NCBI RefSeq assembly: GCF_000485595.1
Contig: NW_014577069.1
Coordinates: forward strand, 1,001,693 to 1,021,692
Reading direction: 5' to 3'
From: Priapulus caudatus
Lineage: Eukaryota
DNA: 20,000 nucleotides
Shown here: positions 1 through 10,346 of the stretch, one piece after another
Position numbering within the stretch: the stretch's first letter is position 1
Layout: each line of letters opens with the position of its first letter
Translations under genes and position numbers: made by a program
The notes under the pieces: generated by a model
What the model was told of the DNA's origin: nothing
Database searches by the model: none
What the model saw: only the letters and a program-made list of their open reading frames with translations

Positions 1-186
1 GGCGTCCAGTTCAGCAGCAACTCGCCTTAGGCGTCCCAAGTCCAGCAGGCAGCCAGCCAGCGAGCCAGCTGTTATTACACATGTATACATGTACACGCTC
101 GCGAGGTATTGCACTCTCTTTGAGTGCCCCTTCAGTTAGTATTCAAACAGAAGATTACATCTTTCAATGGCCACTGTATACTAAAC

Positions 187-1134
187 CAACCAGGGCAAAG
201 GGAACCGAAAAAATTGGTTGGCCAAAAACGCGTGACAAAAGGGCGAGAGCAAATTGAAATGTTTGCTCTAACCTTTGGCTTAGGACAAGAAACAACAGGC
301 GGGTAAAACAAAGTGTTAATTAAAAAACGACTTATTGAATATATACAAATTAATAAAATTTATAAATATTTCATTTTGCCCCAGACTCCCGGGCAAAAGT
401 GAAAACGCTTATCGGGACAAGGGAAATGTCATGTTTACTGCATGTATATTGGTCAAGAAATGTTGCGTCCCTTCTTCAGGTCTAATCTGAACATCAATCA
501 TTAGTTGCGTACCATTTGCCGTAAAATATGAAAGAAAAATGCCACATAGGACGCTTATACAAAAAGGGTCTATGAAGACACAGTATATGCCAATGCTACT
601 CGATTAGGTTAAAATGTATGCAAAAAACAGACATAGGCCTACCTGCTATTGAGAGTACTAATTCAGATCATAATAAATAATCTGATAATAATGATATACA
701 TTTAGGCCTATCAAATATGGCCGGGGCAAAGTGGAACCCTGTTCCACTTTGCCCCATCCACTTTGCCCCGAACACATGATAGTTTCTAGACATGGGGCGT
801 TACGCTGTGCAGACAACTACGCAAAGAATGTCATCATGCATATGGCACACATAGGCCTTAGATTCAACAAAAGAGCCTACATAAGAATTCCACAAGATCA
901 CAGTGATTTAGCAGATGATTCATTTTTAAGAAATATCCGTTTAAACACATAAAAAACAGACTTTCGTCCAAAAAAATGTACATAGCTGATTCATGCAAAT
1001 GGCATCCATCAAAAACAATGCATCATCAACTGAGCTTCTAATGAAAACAGTCACAGATAGATGGGGGCATCAACATAGATCTGCTGGGACAATTCCACTT
1101 TGCCCCGTGTTCCGCTTTGCCCCGGGTTCCCCTA
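187..1134. mobile_element. Non-autonomous DNA transposon (MITE-like), probably Tc1/mariner-pogo type, with repeated GGGGCAAAGYGGAAC motifs
   Basis: The right end reads TTCCACTTTGCCCCGTGTTCCGCTTTGCCCCGGGTTCCCC|TA (1093-1134): two tandem motif copies then TA. A degenerate opposite-orientation copy, AACCAGGGCAAAGGGAACCG, lies at ~189-207. Internal copies occur at 369-404 and 723-770, including a perfect 15-bp stem (723-737/741-755). No transposase ORF. The left boundary is uncertain and the superfamily is inferred from the terminal TA. Confidence 0.55.
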
Positions 1135-2406
1135 CATAACGAAAGATAGGTCATTCTATCTCTGACCTTTTGGATGGGTAAGCTTCGACGTTTCTATGGG
1201 TGTTATAAGTAGTTGCCATTCCTCGGCTATGAGGAAACACGTGCGCGTGAAGCAGCGAAACTAAACTTGTGTCATGTGTACTAGCCTCTAAGCTATATAC
1301 GCATGCACGCAGTGATCTTTTTTGGATATAATCTGCACAAAAATAAACTAACCGCCAAAATCCCGGGCATAGGCTGCTGGTCTATGCACACAGCTGTTTC
1401 ACTAAACGTCTACAGCTTCAAACGATACAGACATTCCGCACGGTATACTGATTTTCGGTGTTTGCATCGTGTTGTATCGGCAATTCAATTACATTAAATG
1501 CGTTGCAACTGGCTTAAGTGGCTAGCGTTAAGTCTTGCTGGTATGCGTAGATGGATTGATTTAGTTTATCGCGACAGACCGACTGACTCCGTATATGCTG
1601 ATATAAATCGACGATGGGTTTAGCCATGCGGCTTATGGGCTAAGTCACCTGGGCTCATGGAATCAGTCTAGCTCAACGCTGCGAACCTCGATCGTCCTCC
1701 CCATGCACCACCATTTAGTAAGGTCCACGTTGAATTCTCACGATTATAATATCAAATTATTTACCACACTCGGCCGCCTTTCAGGGCTCTTCAAAATACA
1801 TTTGTCGTAGCAGATTCCATCTGCATGCACTCTAGCGATGGTCGATACAAGCGCACACACGATTGATTGTGAGTAACGTGACTAACGATATTGGTAGAGA
1901 TCCAGTGGAGGAAGTAAAACATTATCTGACCGACCAAATCAATCGAAATGCGAGGCAGACGTGTGAAAGCACAGATGCGCCTAAGCTAGTAGTATAGCCG
2001 CTGCAAAACGAGTCGGTGCATTTGTGGGCTAGCTAACCAACCCCTCAGCGCCATTACCGATAGCGGTCGACATTTTCAAACTGATTTCATAGTAACAGCA
2101 ATCTGCAGTCATATCCATTATGTCAACGCTCGATATCATATATTTTCTCCTCCGTGGCGCACGTCGCTGCGACTAAAACCAAACGCTGATTATTAAAATT
2201 GTATAGAGGTATTGATAGAGCGCTTGAGTGCATGCGGGACGATGTATCCAACGCACCGTGGGCATGCCGTATACGCACTGTATCAACGCATATCACGCAT
2301 GCAACGGTGTTAGTTAGTCGTTTGAACTTGTCTTCATACCAACATGATCACTATATCCCCAATACAAATATTCTTTTGTTCAATTATCCAATGCCTCTCC
2401 CCTCCG

Positions 2407-2580
2407 CACTCACTCACTCACTCACTCACACACTCACTCACTCACTCACCCACTCACTCACTCACTCACTCACCCACTCACTCACTCACTCACTCACTCA
2501 CTCACTCACTCACTCACTCACACGCGCTTACTCACTCACACACTCACTCATTCACGCATTCACTCTCTCACTTACTCACT
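2407..2580. repeat. (TCAC)n tetranucleotide microsatellite
   Basis: Near-perfect CACT/TCAC run that decays at the 3' end. Confidence 0.97.
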
Positions 2581-2623
2581 CCCGTTGAGATTTCTCTAAT
2601 TTGAGATTATTTACCCCCTAAAG

Positions 2624-2662
2624 TATACTTCCTAAATATTATATCAAGTATTTAGAAGTATG
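2624..2662. repeat. Short imperfect hairpin (TATACTTCCTAAATA ... TATTTAGAAGTATG)
   Basis: Inverted arms of ~14 bp with one indel; the right arm ends in TG. No flanking direct repeat is visible. Confidence 0.45.
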
Positions 2663-2783
2663 GCCTTAGACTGAACTCTCACTATTTTTTCAATCTACGC
2701 ATCTCTAACAGCATTTCTCTTCTCGGACAATTCCGGCAACATTTTGTAACTCGTAGACATGCACAGGCGCATTCACATTATAT

Positions 2784-2813
2784 CAAGAGCTAATAAATAT
2801 TTATTAGCTCTTG
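2784..2813. mobile_element. Mini hairpin CAAGAGCTAATAAAT|ATTTATTAGCTCTTG with 7-bp ATTATAT flanking duplication; putative P-superfamily excision footprint
   Basis: Perfect 30-bp palindrome (15+15). ATTATAT is present at 2777-2783 and 2814-2820. Confidence 0.65.
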
Positions 2814-2820
2814 ATTATAT

Positions 2821-2894
2821 CAGGAGTCTATCAATATTCAAGTCTAATAATAATTCAAGTCAATATTATATCAAAGTCTATTGATAGACTCCTG
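2821..2894. mobile_element. Mini hairpin CAGGAGTCTATCAATA...TATTGATAGACTCCTG with filler and 7-bp ATTATAT duplication; putative P-superfamily excision footprint
   Basis: Perfect 16-bp inverted arms. The 42-bp interior is built from arm-like fragments (CAAGTCTAATA, CAAGTCAATA, CAAAGTC). ATTATAT is present at 2814-2820 and 2895-2901. Confidence 0.65.
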
Positions 2895-3167
2895 ATTATA
2901 TACTTGAAAAAAATACGACGCATTAACTCATATATTGTGGGGGGAAAATCCGAATTTAACGAAAACTACGTAGACATCTAACCATTAAGCAAAAAAAAAC
3001 ATTCGTCGTGAAACGGCAGTATCGGCGCGCACACGCGGGCCTTGGTTGACCGTCAGCATGATCATCGTCGGCAGTCGATGTACGTGTTCCTAATTCCTGG
3101 GAAATTCGGAGTGATGAGCTTTTTGTGAGGTCGATCGAGCGTGTATACAGCGAAGACGTGACGATGG

Positions 3168-3203
3168 GAGAGAGAAAGAAAGAGAGAGAAAGAGAGAGAG
3201 AGA
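3168..3203. repeat. (GA)n microsatellite running into an assembly gap
   Basis: GAGAGAGAAAGAAAGAGAGAG... directly before the N run. Confidence 0.9.
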
Positions 3204-3228
3204 NNNNNNNNNNNNNNNNNNNNNNNNN
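3204..3228. other. Assembly gap (25 N)
   Basis: Run of exactly 25 N. Confidence 0.99.
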
Positions 3229-3233
3229 AATAT

Positions 3234-3660
3234 CTAGTGACTGATATGCCCCTTGTTGGCACAGCACAAGGCTGTGGCGACAAGGCTATAATTACTAGAC
3301 TAAGGCAATCGTACCTCCTAGTACTGGGACCCTTGATGCACAGGCATAAAAAAGCCTGTGGCCAACAGGGCTATAGTAACTAAGCAGGCATCTGTATCCC
3401 CCCCTCTAAGTAGCTATGGTCCCTTGAATAAGCACAGTGCACAAGGCGGGCAACAAAGGCTATATACTAAAGCAAAGCATATTGTACCTCTAGACTATAG
3501 CCCTTGATGGCACAAGCAAGGCTGGGTAAAAAAGAACAAAGGGCTATAGTACATGAGGGGCAGGCAATCTGTACCTTCTAAGTACATATGGTCCTTTGAT
3601 GGCACAGCCACAATGAGCGTGCATCGGCGACAACGAACCCATAGTACTAGACTAGGCAAA
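3234..3660. repeat. Minisatellite of ~5 units of ~80-92 bp, each containing a CAAGGGCTATAGTACTAG / CTAGTACTAT(A/G)G(C/T)CCTTG inverted pair
   Basis: The CCTTG-type arm ends recur at ~3255, 3335, 3426, 3506 and 3598. The intervening segments (ATGGCACAGGCACAAGGCTG and GCAGGCAATCTGTACCT) recur in each unit with indel noise. Confidence 0.85.
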
Positions 3661-4700
3661 TCGGGCGGCGTGGTTATGGCAGGCTGTTACTGCAGGCAGC
3701 CGCTTGTTCATTACGCGATGCTGTTTAAAACTTTTACTACGGGGCAACGTGCGCATGCGGTCATACGGGCGTACACTCCCGCATCTTTTGCGGCCACAAA
3801 GATGCTCACCCCGCCTCGCCGTTACTTCGCAACATCAAAATGAATTTATACGCTGTCTGCAAATTCGGGCGGGCCGCGATGTGGAGGCAAGCAGCGTCGT
3901 TAAGGTTGAGGAAACCGACGAGTAGGTTACTAATAGTGGGAACAGTACGTGTAAATATTAAGATTAATCGGTCTTTGTGGTAAAAAGGCACCCGAAATAG
4001 GCGTGTAATGGATCTAAATATTTCAGATATAGGCCAAGCTGAAATTATATAAGCGGAATTATTAATAACAACGACAACGTTATTAGCCTAACGTGTGGGA
4101 ATTTCTGCTCGCATCAATAACCATTACCTGGAAAAAATGCATAATCGAATGAACAACGTTATACGCATGAGTGGATATCCATTGATTGGCTATTATAGCG
4201 TATCGACCGTGGCGGCATGCAGCTCGACATTTTCAATTCATGCTCGCATCGGAGTTTCGGGCACGCGCACACTCGCAGCGTCTAAATATCTGTAAGCCAT
4301 GCCAGCTAATGACAGTCCATGCGTGCTTATTATGGTCGTCAACTGTCGGCACCGCCGCGCTAGCACGCGGCCTTATCACAATATCGCGCCGTAAACGAAT
4401 CCGATTATCAGGCCTCGTGCGTCAATTAGGTTTTTGAAAACAGGCTGGCCAGGATTCGCTCGTAGCGAGCGCGCATAAGAAAAAAACTTTTAAAAATCAA
4501 AGAAATGCTTACAGATGTGAAACGCATTTTATTAATGAGCGTGCCGCCAATTTTTTATAGTTGTGGCCGCCCGTGTTCTAATAGGATATGTGAAGGCTTC
4601 AAAGTGCACCTGTACGGCTGAAAGGCGAATAGGATCCAGCTGATGATAAAACAAAATCCCATAAAAAATTAACTCAACATAGCGAACTATATATATATAT
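3578..4700 (+). repeat. Duplicated block A, forward copy (partner: 7158-8234 reverse complement)
   Basis: For example, AATAGGATATGTGAAGGCTTCAAAGTGCAC (~4580-4609) is the reverse complement of GTGCACTTTGAAGCCTTCACATATCCTATT (~7239-7268). The two copies are collinear along the whole block. Confidence 0.95.
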
Positions 4701-4751
4701 ATATATATATAATATAATATATAAATATAATATATAATTATCATGTACTAT

Positions 4752-4799
4752 CAAGATCTATAATAGAACATTTTATCCACTCTATTATTGGACTCATTG
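4752..4799. mobile_element. Noisy CA...TG mini hairpin (CAAGATCTATAATAGA ... TCTATTATTGGACTCATTG)
   Basis: Imperfect inverted arms resembling the CAAGAG/CAGGAG hairpins. The flanks are GTACTAT (4745-4751) and GTACTAA (4800-4806), a 6/7 match. The region is error-rich. Confidence 0.45.
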
Positions 4800-4879
4800 G
4801 TACTAAGTAGTGTATGTTCGTAGAGTTTGTGGATATATCACGAGAATAATCGGGAATCCCTAGTTTATCTAACTCCCTG

Positions 4880-5256
4880 ATATAGATATATATATATATT
4901 ATATAATATATATATGTGTGTGTGTGGGTGTGGTGTGTGTTGTGTAGTGTGTGTGTGCGTGTGCGTGCGTGCGTGGTCGTGTGGTTGTGCGGTGCGTGTG
5001 AGTGTGCGTGTGCGTGTCGTGTGTGTTGTGTGTGTGTGTTGTGGGTTTTGTTGTTTGAGTGTATTGTGTTTGGTTTGTGTTTGTGTTTGTTTGTGCGCGC
5101 GCACACCACGCACGCAACGCACGGCCACGCAAACGCACGCACCACGCAACGCACGCACGCACGCACGCAGCACACCACACACACACACACACACACACAC
5201 GACACACACGACACACACACATATATATAAATATATATATATATATATTATATATA
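4880..5256. repeat. Compound fold-back microsatellite (TA)n-(GT/GCGT)n-(ACGC/AC)n-(TA)n
   Basis: A GT-rich arm (~4915-5095) switches at GTGCGCGCGCAC (~5093-5104) to an AC-rich arm (~5100-5220), with TA runs on both sides. Confidence 0.9.
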
Positions 5257-6390
5257 ACGGGGGAAAATAAACAGCTCTGCGCATCATTATGCCGTCTCGG
5301 AGTGGAAACAAATCGGAGACATACGAGGGGGAAAATATTAGTAGTGAAATAAGGCGGTGGCTGAAGTGTACGTAACGTGAATCTGATCAGCTTCCCAAAA
5401 TACAACAATTAGCTGCCTCCAAAGGACCTGCCTGTTGGTTGCTGCGTGCACGCTGCCCGCCATTTCATCCTCCCCCTCCCCACCTCGCCTCAACGCCCGC
5501 CAAATTCGGCTGCAAAAAACTGTAGCAAAATATTATATATCATGGGATGAGGCGGGGGGCCCTTTAAAAAAAGCCGTTGAAAAGCAAGGTTCCAAGCGTC
5601 TAATGTTTTATAGAAGCATTCGGCAACATAATAATCGACTCGTCCAAACTCCGTTTTCTTTATTATCTTGCAAACAATACAAAATGAAATCGTAGCGAAT
5701 GGAAGTCGGTTAGTTGTATTTTTTGGATTATTTAGCCTACCTAATCGTGGGCGCAAGCACGGATGTGCCCAGGAGGCTGTTCAGACAGGGAAATAGTGGT
5801 GTCGAGTAAACATCCTAATGTCACATCTGTCAGCGTGACGGTCGTAAATGTGAAAATTCTAACACGTGGGCGCTCGCACTCACCTCGCTCGCACGGCATC
5901 AATTCTCCTACTTTTAGCACACCACAAACGTGCGTGTATCGGTGTTGAAAAGTCCTTCACGCCAAGGTGTTAAAGCGAAAGCACGACGAATGTGACCATA
6001 TCCGGTACAAATCTTGAACAGCTGCCACGTAATGTAAAGACATTTGTGTTTGACTAACTGTTACGAGAGGCTGCAGCGGACTCGATGCAAAACGAAGATG
6101 AGCTACCAACGAAAGTAAGCAATGCCCTCGCGCTAAGTGATTTGGCAGAGATCGCGATAAAAAAGCCAGCGATAAATATCAGTAACAGTCGCGGCTACTC
6201 GGCAGGCAACCAGTAGCAGTAGTAGCAGTAGTTAGTTGCAGCAGTACCGCAGCAGCAGCAGCATACAATAGCACAAGCGACACACGTACCAACAACAGAC
6301 AGTAAGCAGCACTGCCAGGCAATACAAGAGCAGTAGCAGTAGCCACCAGCAGCAGGCCAACAGTAGTAGAGTAAGTATATATAGTAGTAT

Positions 6391-6422
<32 letters not shown>
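5251..6422 (+). repeat. Duplicated block B, forward copy (partner: 8235-9366 reverse complement)
   Basis: For example, ATCATTATGCCGTCTCGGAGTGGAAACA (~5283-5310) is the reverse complement of TGTTTCCACTCCGAGACGGCATAATGAT (~9309-9336). Homology continues through the CAG/TAG repeat pattern. Confidence 0.95.
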
Positions 6423-6423
<1 letters not shown>

Positions 6424-6806
6424 AGTAGGCAGCAGTAGCAGTAGCAAGTAGCAGTAAGCATAGCAGCAGTAGCAAGCAGTAAGCCGTAGACACAGCAGCA
6501 GCAAGCAAGCAGGGCAGCAGCAGCAGCAAGCACAGCAGCAGCAGCATCAGGCAGTCAGGCACAGTAGCATAGCAGTAGTAGTAGTAGTTAGTAGTAGTAG
6601 TAGTAAGTTAAGTATCAGGCAGCAGCCAAGGCAGCAGTACAGTAGTAGTAGCAGTAGGCAGCAGTATAGCCGAGCAGCAAAAAGCAATAGCAGTAGAGTA
6701 AGCAAGTAAGCAAGCAGTATAGCCGTAGGCAGCAGCAGCAGCAGTAGCAGTAGTAGAGCAAGCAGTAGCAGCAGTATAGGCCGTAGCAGCAGGCAGTAAG
6801 TAGCAG
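6205..6806. repeat. Degenerate (CAG/TAG)n trinucleotide repeat
   Basis: Mixed AGC/AGT triplets with a pure (AGT)n core at ~6391-6422 and many single-base indels. Confidence 0.93.
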
Positions 6807-6818
6807 CTGGATAATACC

Positions 6819-6998
6819 GGAACGTACCCCTGGCACTATGATATGGTAGGCGTTAGGATTAGGTTAGTGTTACGGGTTAGGGTTAGGAATTAGGGTAGGG
6901 TTCGTCTGGTTAGGAGTAAGGCGTAGGCACTCCTAAGACTGCGTTAGTGAGATAAGGCGAGGTACGGTCGGCATATTAGATAGACCAGGGTAGCTTCC
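6819..6998. mobile_element. Small inverted-repeat-bounded element with a degenerate TTAGGG-like interior
   Basis: The left arm GGAACGTACCCCTGGCACTATGATATG (6819-6845) imperfectly matches the reverse complement of CATATTAGATAGACCAGGGTAGCTTCC (6972-6998). The interior contains GGGTTAGGGTTAGG and similar variants. Confidence 0.5.
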
Positions 6999-7084
6999 AG
7001 GCAGTACGCCCGGGGGACACATAGACCCTTCAGCAGCATATCAGCAGAAAGAGCATGATGTTGCATGCGCTGTCGTCTAAACCT

Positions 7085-7146
7085 TTCTCCTATCTCTCTC
7101 TCTCGTCTCTCTCGTCTCCTCTCCTCCTCTCTCTCTCTACTCTCTC
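7085..7146. repeat. Degenerate (CT)n microsatellite
   Basis: Pyrimidine CT run just before block A'. Confidence 0.85.
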
Positions 7147-7157
7147 ACACAACTCCT

Positions 7158-8234
7158 TATATATATAGTTCGCTATGTTGGTTACATTTTTTATGGGATT
7201 TGTCATCAAAGCTGGATCCTATTCGCCCAGCCTACAGCGTGCACTTTGAAGCCTTCACATATCCTATTAAACACGGGCGCGCACACTATAAAAAAATGCG
7301 CGGCACGCTATAATAAAATGCGTTCACATCTGTAAGCATTTTTGATTTTTAAAAGTTTTTTTCCTTATGCGCGCCGCTACGAGCGGAATCCGGCCAGCCT
7401 GTTCAAAAACCTAATTGACGCACGAGGCTGATAATCGATCGTTACGGCGCGATATTGTGATACAGGCGCGTGCTAGCGCGGCGGCTGCCGACAGTTGACC
7501 GACCATAATAAGCACGCTGACTGTATCCATAGCTGGCTGGCTACAGATATTAGACGCTGCCGAGCTGTGCGCGTGCGAAAAATCCGATGCGAGCATGAAT
7601 GAAAATGTCGGTGCATGCGCACGGTCGATACGCTATAATAGCAATCAATGGATATCCCTCATGCGTATAACGTATGTTCATCGATATGCATTTTTTCCAG
7701 GTAATGGTTATTGATGCCGAGCAGAAATTCCACACGTAGGCCTAATAACGTTGTCGTTGTTATATAATAATTCCGTTATATAAATTCAGCTTGGCACTAT
7801 ATCTGAAATCATTTAGATCATACACGCCTATTTCGGTGCCTTTACCACAAAGACCCAGAATTCATCTTAATATTTACACGTACCTGTCCCACTATTAGTA
7901 AAACCTACATCGTCGGTTCCTCAACCTACAACGACCTGCTGCTCCACATCGCGCCCGGAATTGCAGACAGCGCATATAAAATTTCATGTTGATGTTGCGA
8001 GTAACGGCGGAGGCGGGGTGAGCATCTTGTGGCGCTAAAAGATGCGGGAGTGTACGCCGTATGACCGCATGCGCACGTTGCCCCCGTAGTAAAAGTTTAA
8101 CAGCATCGCGAAGAACAAAGCGCTGCTGCAATAACAAGCTGCATAACACGCCGCCCGATTGCCTAGCTCTAGTACTATGGTCGTTGTCGCCATGCACAGC
8201 CTTGTGCCTGTGCCATCAAGGACCATAGTACTAG
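7158..8234 (-). repeat. Duplicated block A, inverted copy (A')
   Basis: Reverse complement of 3578-4700. It ends in a clean hairpin unit, CTAGTACTATGGTC...GACCATAGTACTAG (8169-8234), with perfect 14-bp arms. Confidence 0.95.
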
Positions 8235-8314
<80 letters not shown>

Positions 8315-8462
8315 GTTGCTGCTGCTGCTGCTACTGCTACTGCTACTGCTATTGCTGCAGCTGCTGCTACTGTTGTTGTTGGTACTGTTGTCGCTGCAGC
8401 TATTGTTGCTGCTGCTGCTGCGGCTACTGCTGCTACTACTACTGCTACTGCTGCTACTGCTG
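8235..8462. repeat. (CTA)n then mixed (CTG/CTA/TTG)n trinucleotide repeat
   Basis: Perfect (CTA)n at ~8235-8312 followed by mixed triplets; reverse-complement counterpart of ~6205-6422. Confidence 0.97.
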
Positions 8463-9360
8463 CCTGCGAGTAGCCGCGACTGTTCTTGATATTTATCGCT
8501 GCTTTTTCATCGCGATCTCTGCAAAAATCACTGCGCGAGGCATAGCTTACTTTCTGGTCGCTATCATTCGTTTTGCATCGGTCCGCTGAGCTCTCGTAAC
8601 AGCTAGTCCAACACAAATGTCTTTAACATACGGGCAGCTGTCAAGATTTGTACCGATATGAGTTCATACGTTCGTCGTGTTCGTTTAACACCTTGGCCGT
8701 GAAGTACTTTTCAAACGATAACGCACGTTTGTGTGTGTAAAAGTAGGAGAATTGATGCGTGCGAGCGAGAGTGAGTGCGAGCGCCCACGTTAGTAATTTT
8801 CACATTTACGACCGTCACGCTGACAGATGTGACATTAGATGGTTACTCGATCACCACTAGACCCTGTCTGAACAGCCTCCTGGCACATCCGTGCTGCCCA
8901 CGATTAGGTAGTGAATGAATCCAAAAAATACAACTAACCGACTTCATTCAGTAGATTCATTTGTATTCTGTTGCAAGATAATAAAGAAAACGGAGTTTGC
9001 GAGTCGATTATTACTGTTGACGAATGCTTCCTATAAACATAGACGCTTGGGAAACCTTGCTTTCCAACGGTTTAGCGCTCATCCCATGATCTAAATAAAT
9101 ATTTTGCTACAGTTTTGCAGCGTTTGGCGGGCGTGAGCGAGGTGGGGGAGGGGGAGGAGAATGGCGGGCAAGCGTGCACGCAGCCAACCAACCAGCAGGT
9201 CCTTTGGGGACAGCTAATGTTTATTTGGGAAGCTGATGCGAGATTCACGTTCGCACTCACCACCGCTCTTATTTCACTACTAATATCCCCCTCGATATTC
9301 ATCGATTCTGTTTCCACTCCGAGACGGCATAATGATAGCGCAAGCTGTTTATTTCCCCCG

Positions 9361-9366
<6 letters not shown>
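8235..9366 (-). repeat. Duplicated block B, inverted copy (B')
   Basis: Reverse complement of 5251-6422, collinear, with indel-type differences. Confidence 0.95.
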
Positions 9367-9409
<43 letters not shown>

Positions 9410-9412
9410 TAT
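9361..9412. repeat. (TA)n microsatellite
   Basis: Near-pure TA run. Confidence 0.95.
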
Positions 9413-9690
9413 ACCTATTCATCGCCAACATCCTTTTCTATTGGAACACTCTATGTTTATCCAGGGACATCTATCATCTATCCTAGATTTTATTGTTGAA
9501 ATCCTTACTTTCAGAATCCCGTAAAACAATTTGCGACACATATGATTCGAAATATCTTACCACAACTGCAAAATATTCTGCATTTCTTTCAGCATTCTAA
9601 ATACAGAGGCAACCGCGGCGCAAGCACAGTGCCTGTAAACCTTTGTTACCTCCGCGCAACGGAGTTGCAGGGAGGTAATGTGATCGCTCT

Positions 9691-9767
9691 CGTGTGTGTG
9701 TTCGTGTGTGTGTGTTCGTGTGTGTGTTCGTGTGTGTGTGTTCGTATGTGTGTGTTCGTGTGTGTGT
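9691..9767. repeat. (GTGTGTGTTC)-type 10-14 bp tandem repeat derived from (GT)n
   Basis: TTC interruptions recur every 10-14 bp within a GT run. Confidence 0.9.
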
Positions 9768-9793
9768 AGCCAGCAGCGAGCCCGCTGTTATAC

Positions 9794-9818
9794 NNNNNNN
9801 NNNNNNNNNNNNNNNNNN
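9794..9818. other. Assembly gap (25 N)
   Basis: Run of exactly 25 N. Confidence 0.99.
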
Positions 9819-10309
9819 ATATATATTTGCACACATAATATAGGGGACCGCGTGGAACATGTATTAGACGTAATTGCGTGCACCAGGTGAAGAATCCACG
9901 AGGTTAGAAGGCGAGATACAAGTTGTTACAGTACAGTCACATTTACGATACATGTACGGCAGAATCGCAATACATCCGCGTTGTGGGTTACAGTTATGAG
10001 TACATTGCGAACAGGAATAAACATAAACATATTATAAGCATAAAATACTGGACGCTAGAGGGGGAAACCCAGCCAATTATTATGGTTCTAATTCAGCTAA
10101 ACGCTCTATAAAAGCCTTCTGCCATCGTAGAAATGTCGGTTCCATTTTTAATTGTCATCCATTATTTATCATATCATTTCCATTATGTATACATCCATCA
10201 CATATTAAGTCGTTCGAATCACTTGCCTGAAATTTGACAAAAAGCTGATTGTTATGCATGAATTCCTTGTTAATAATGCTTTGTTATACTAGCTCATATA
10301 TATATATAT

Positions 10310-10346
10310 CAAGAGCTAATAATACAAGAGCTATTATTAGCTCTTG
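10310..10346. mobile_element. Mini hairpin CAAGAGCTAATAATA-CAAGAGC-TATTATTAGCTCTTG inserted in (AT)n; putative P-superfamily excision footprint
   Basis: Perfect 15-bp arms whose first 13 bp are identical to the 2784 hairpin. The 7-bp filler is an exact copy of the arm start. Flanked by (AT)n on both sides, so the duplication length cannot be resolved; 8 bp is compatible. Confidence 0.65.

Noticed and set aside
3234..3660. CRISPR-like array of palindromic repeats
   Set aside because: The segments between palindromes are repeated in every unit rather than unique, there are no cas genes, and the context is eukaryotic.
4741..5408. Cluster of Cys/Val- and His/Thr-rich ORFs (also 16646-17033, 18272-18563, 2199-2604)
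   Set aside because: These are translations of (GT)n, (AC)n and (TCAC)n microsatellites with no domain signature.
6179..6836. Leu/Cys/Tyr-rich ORFs resembling signal-peptide proteins
   Set aside because: They derive from the degenerate CAG/TAG repeat in several frames.
6847..6930. True telomere or chromosome-fusion site
   Set aside because: Only about two perfect TTAGGG units, a single orientation, and enclosed by inverted arms.
7085..7156. Possible PacBio SMRTbell adapter remnant at the inversion centre
   Set aside because: It shares ATCTCTCTC and CTCCTCCTC but lacks the GTTGTTGTTG-GAGAGAGAT half, and the flanks are not mirror images as a missed adapter would produce. A (CT)n repeat explains it.
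8035..8616. 193-aa poly-Val/Ala ORF (and the opposite-strand poly-Thr mucin-like ORF 8159-8473)
   Set aside because: It is open only because of the (CTA/CTG)n repeat, and the frame is not preserved in the duplicate copy at ~6050-6420.
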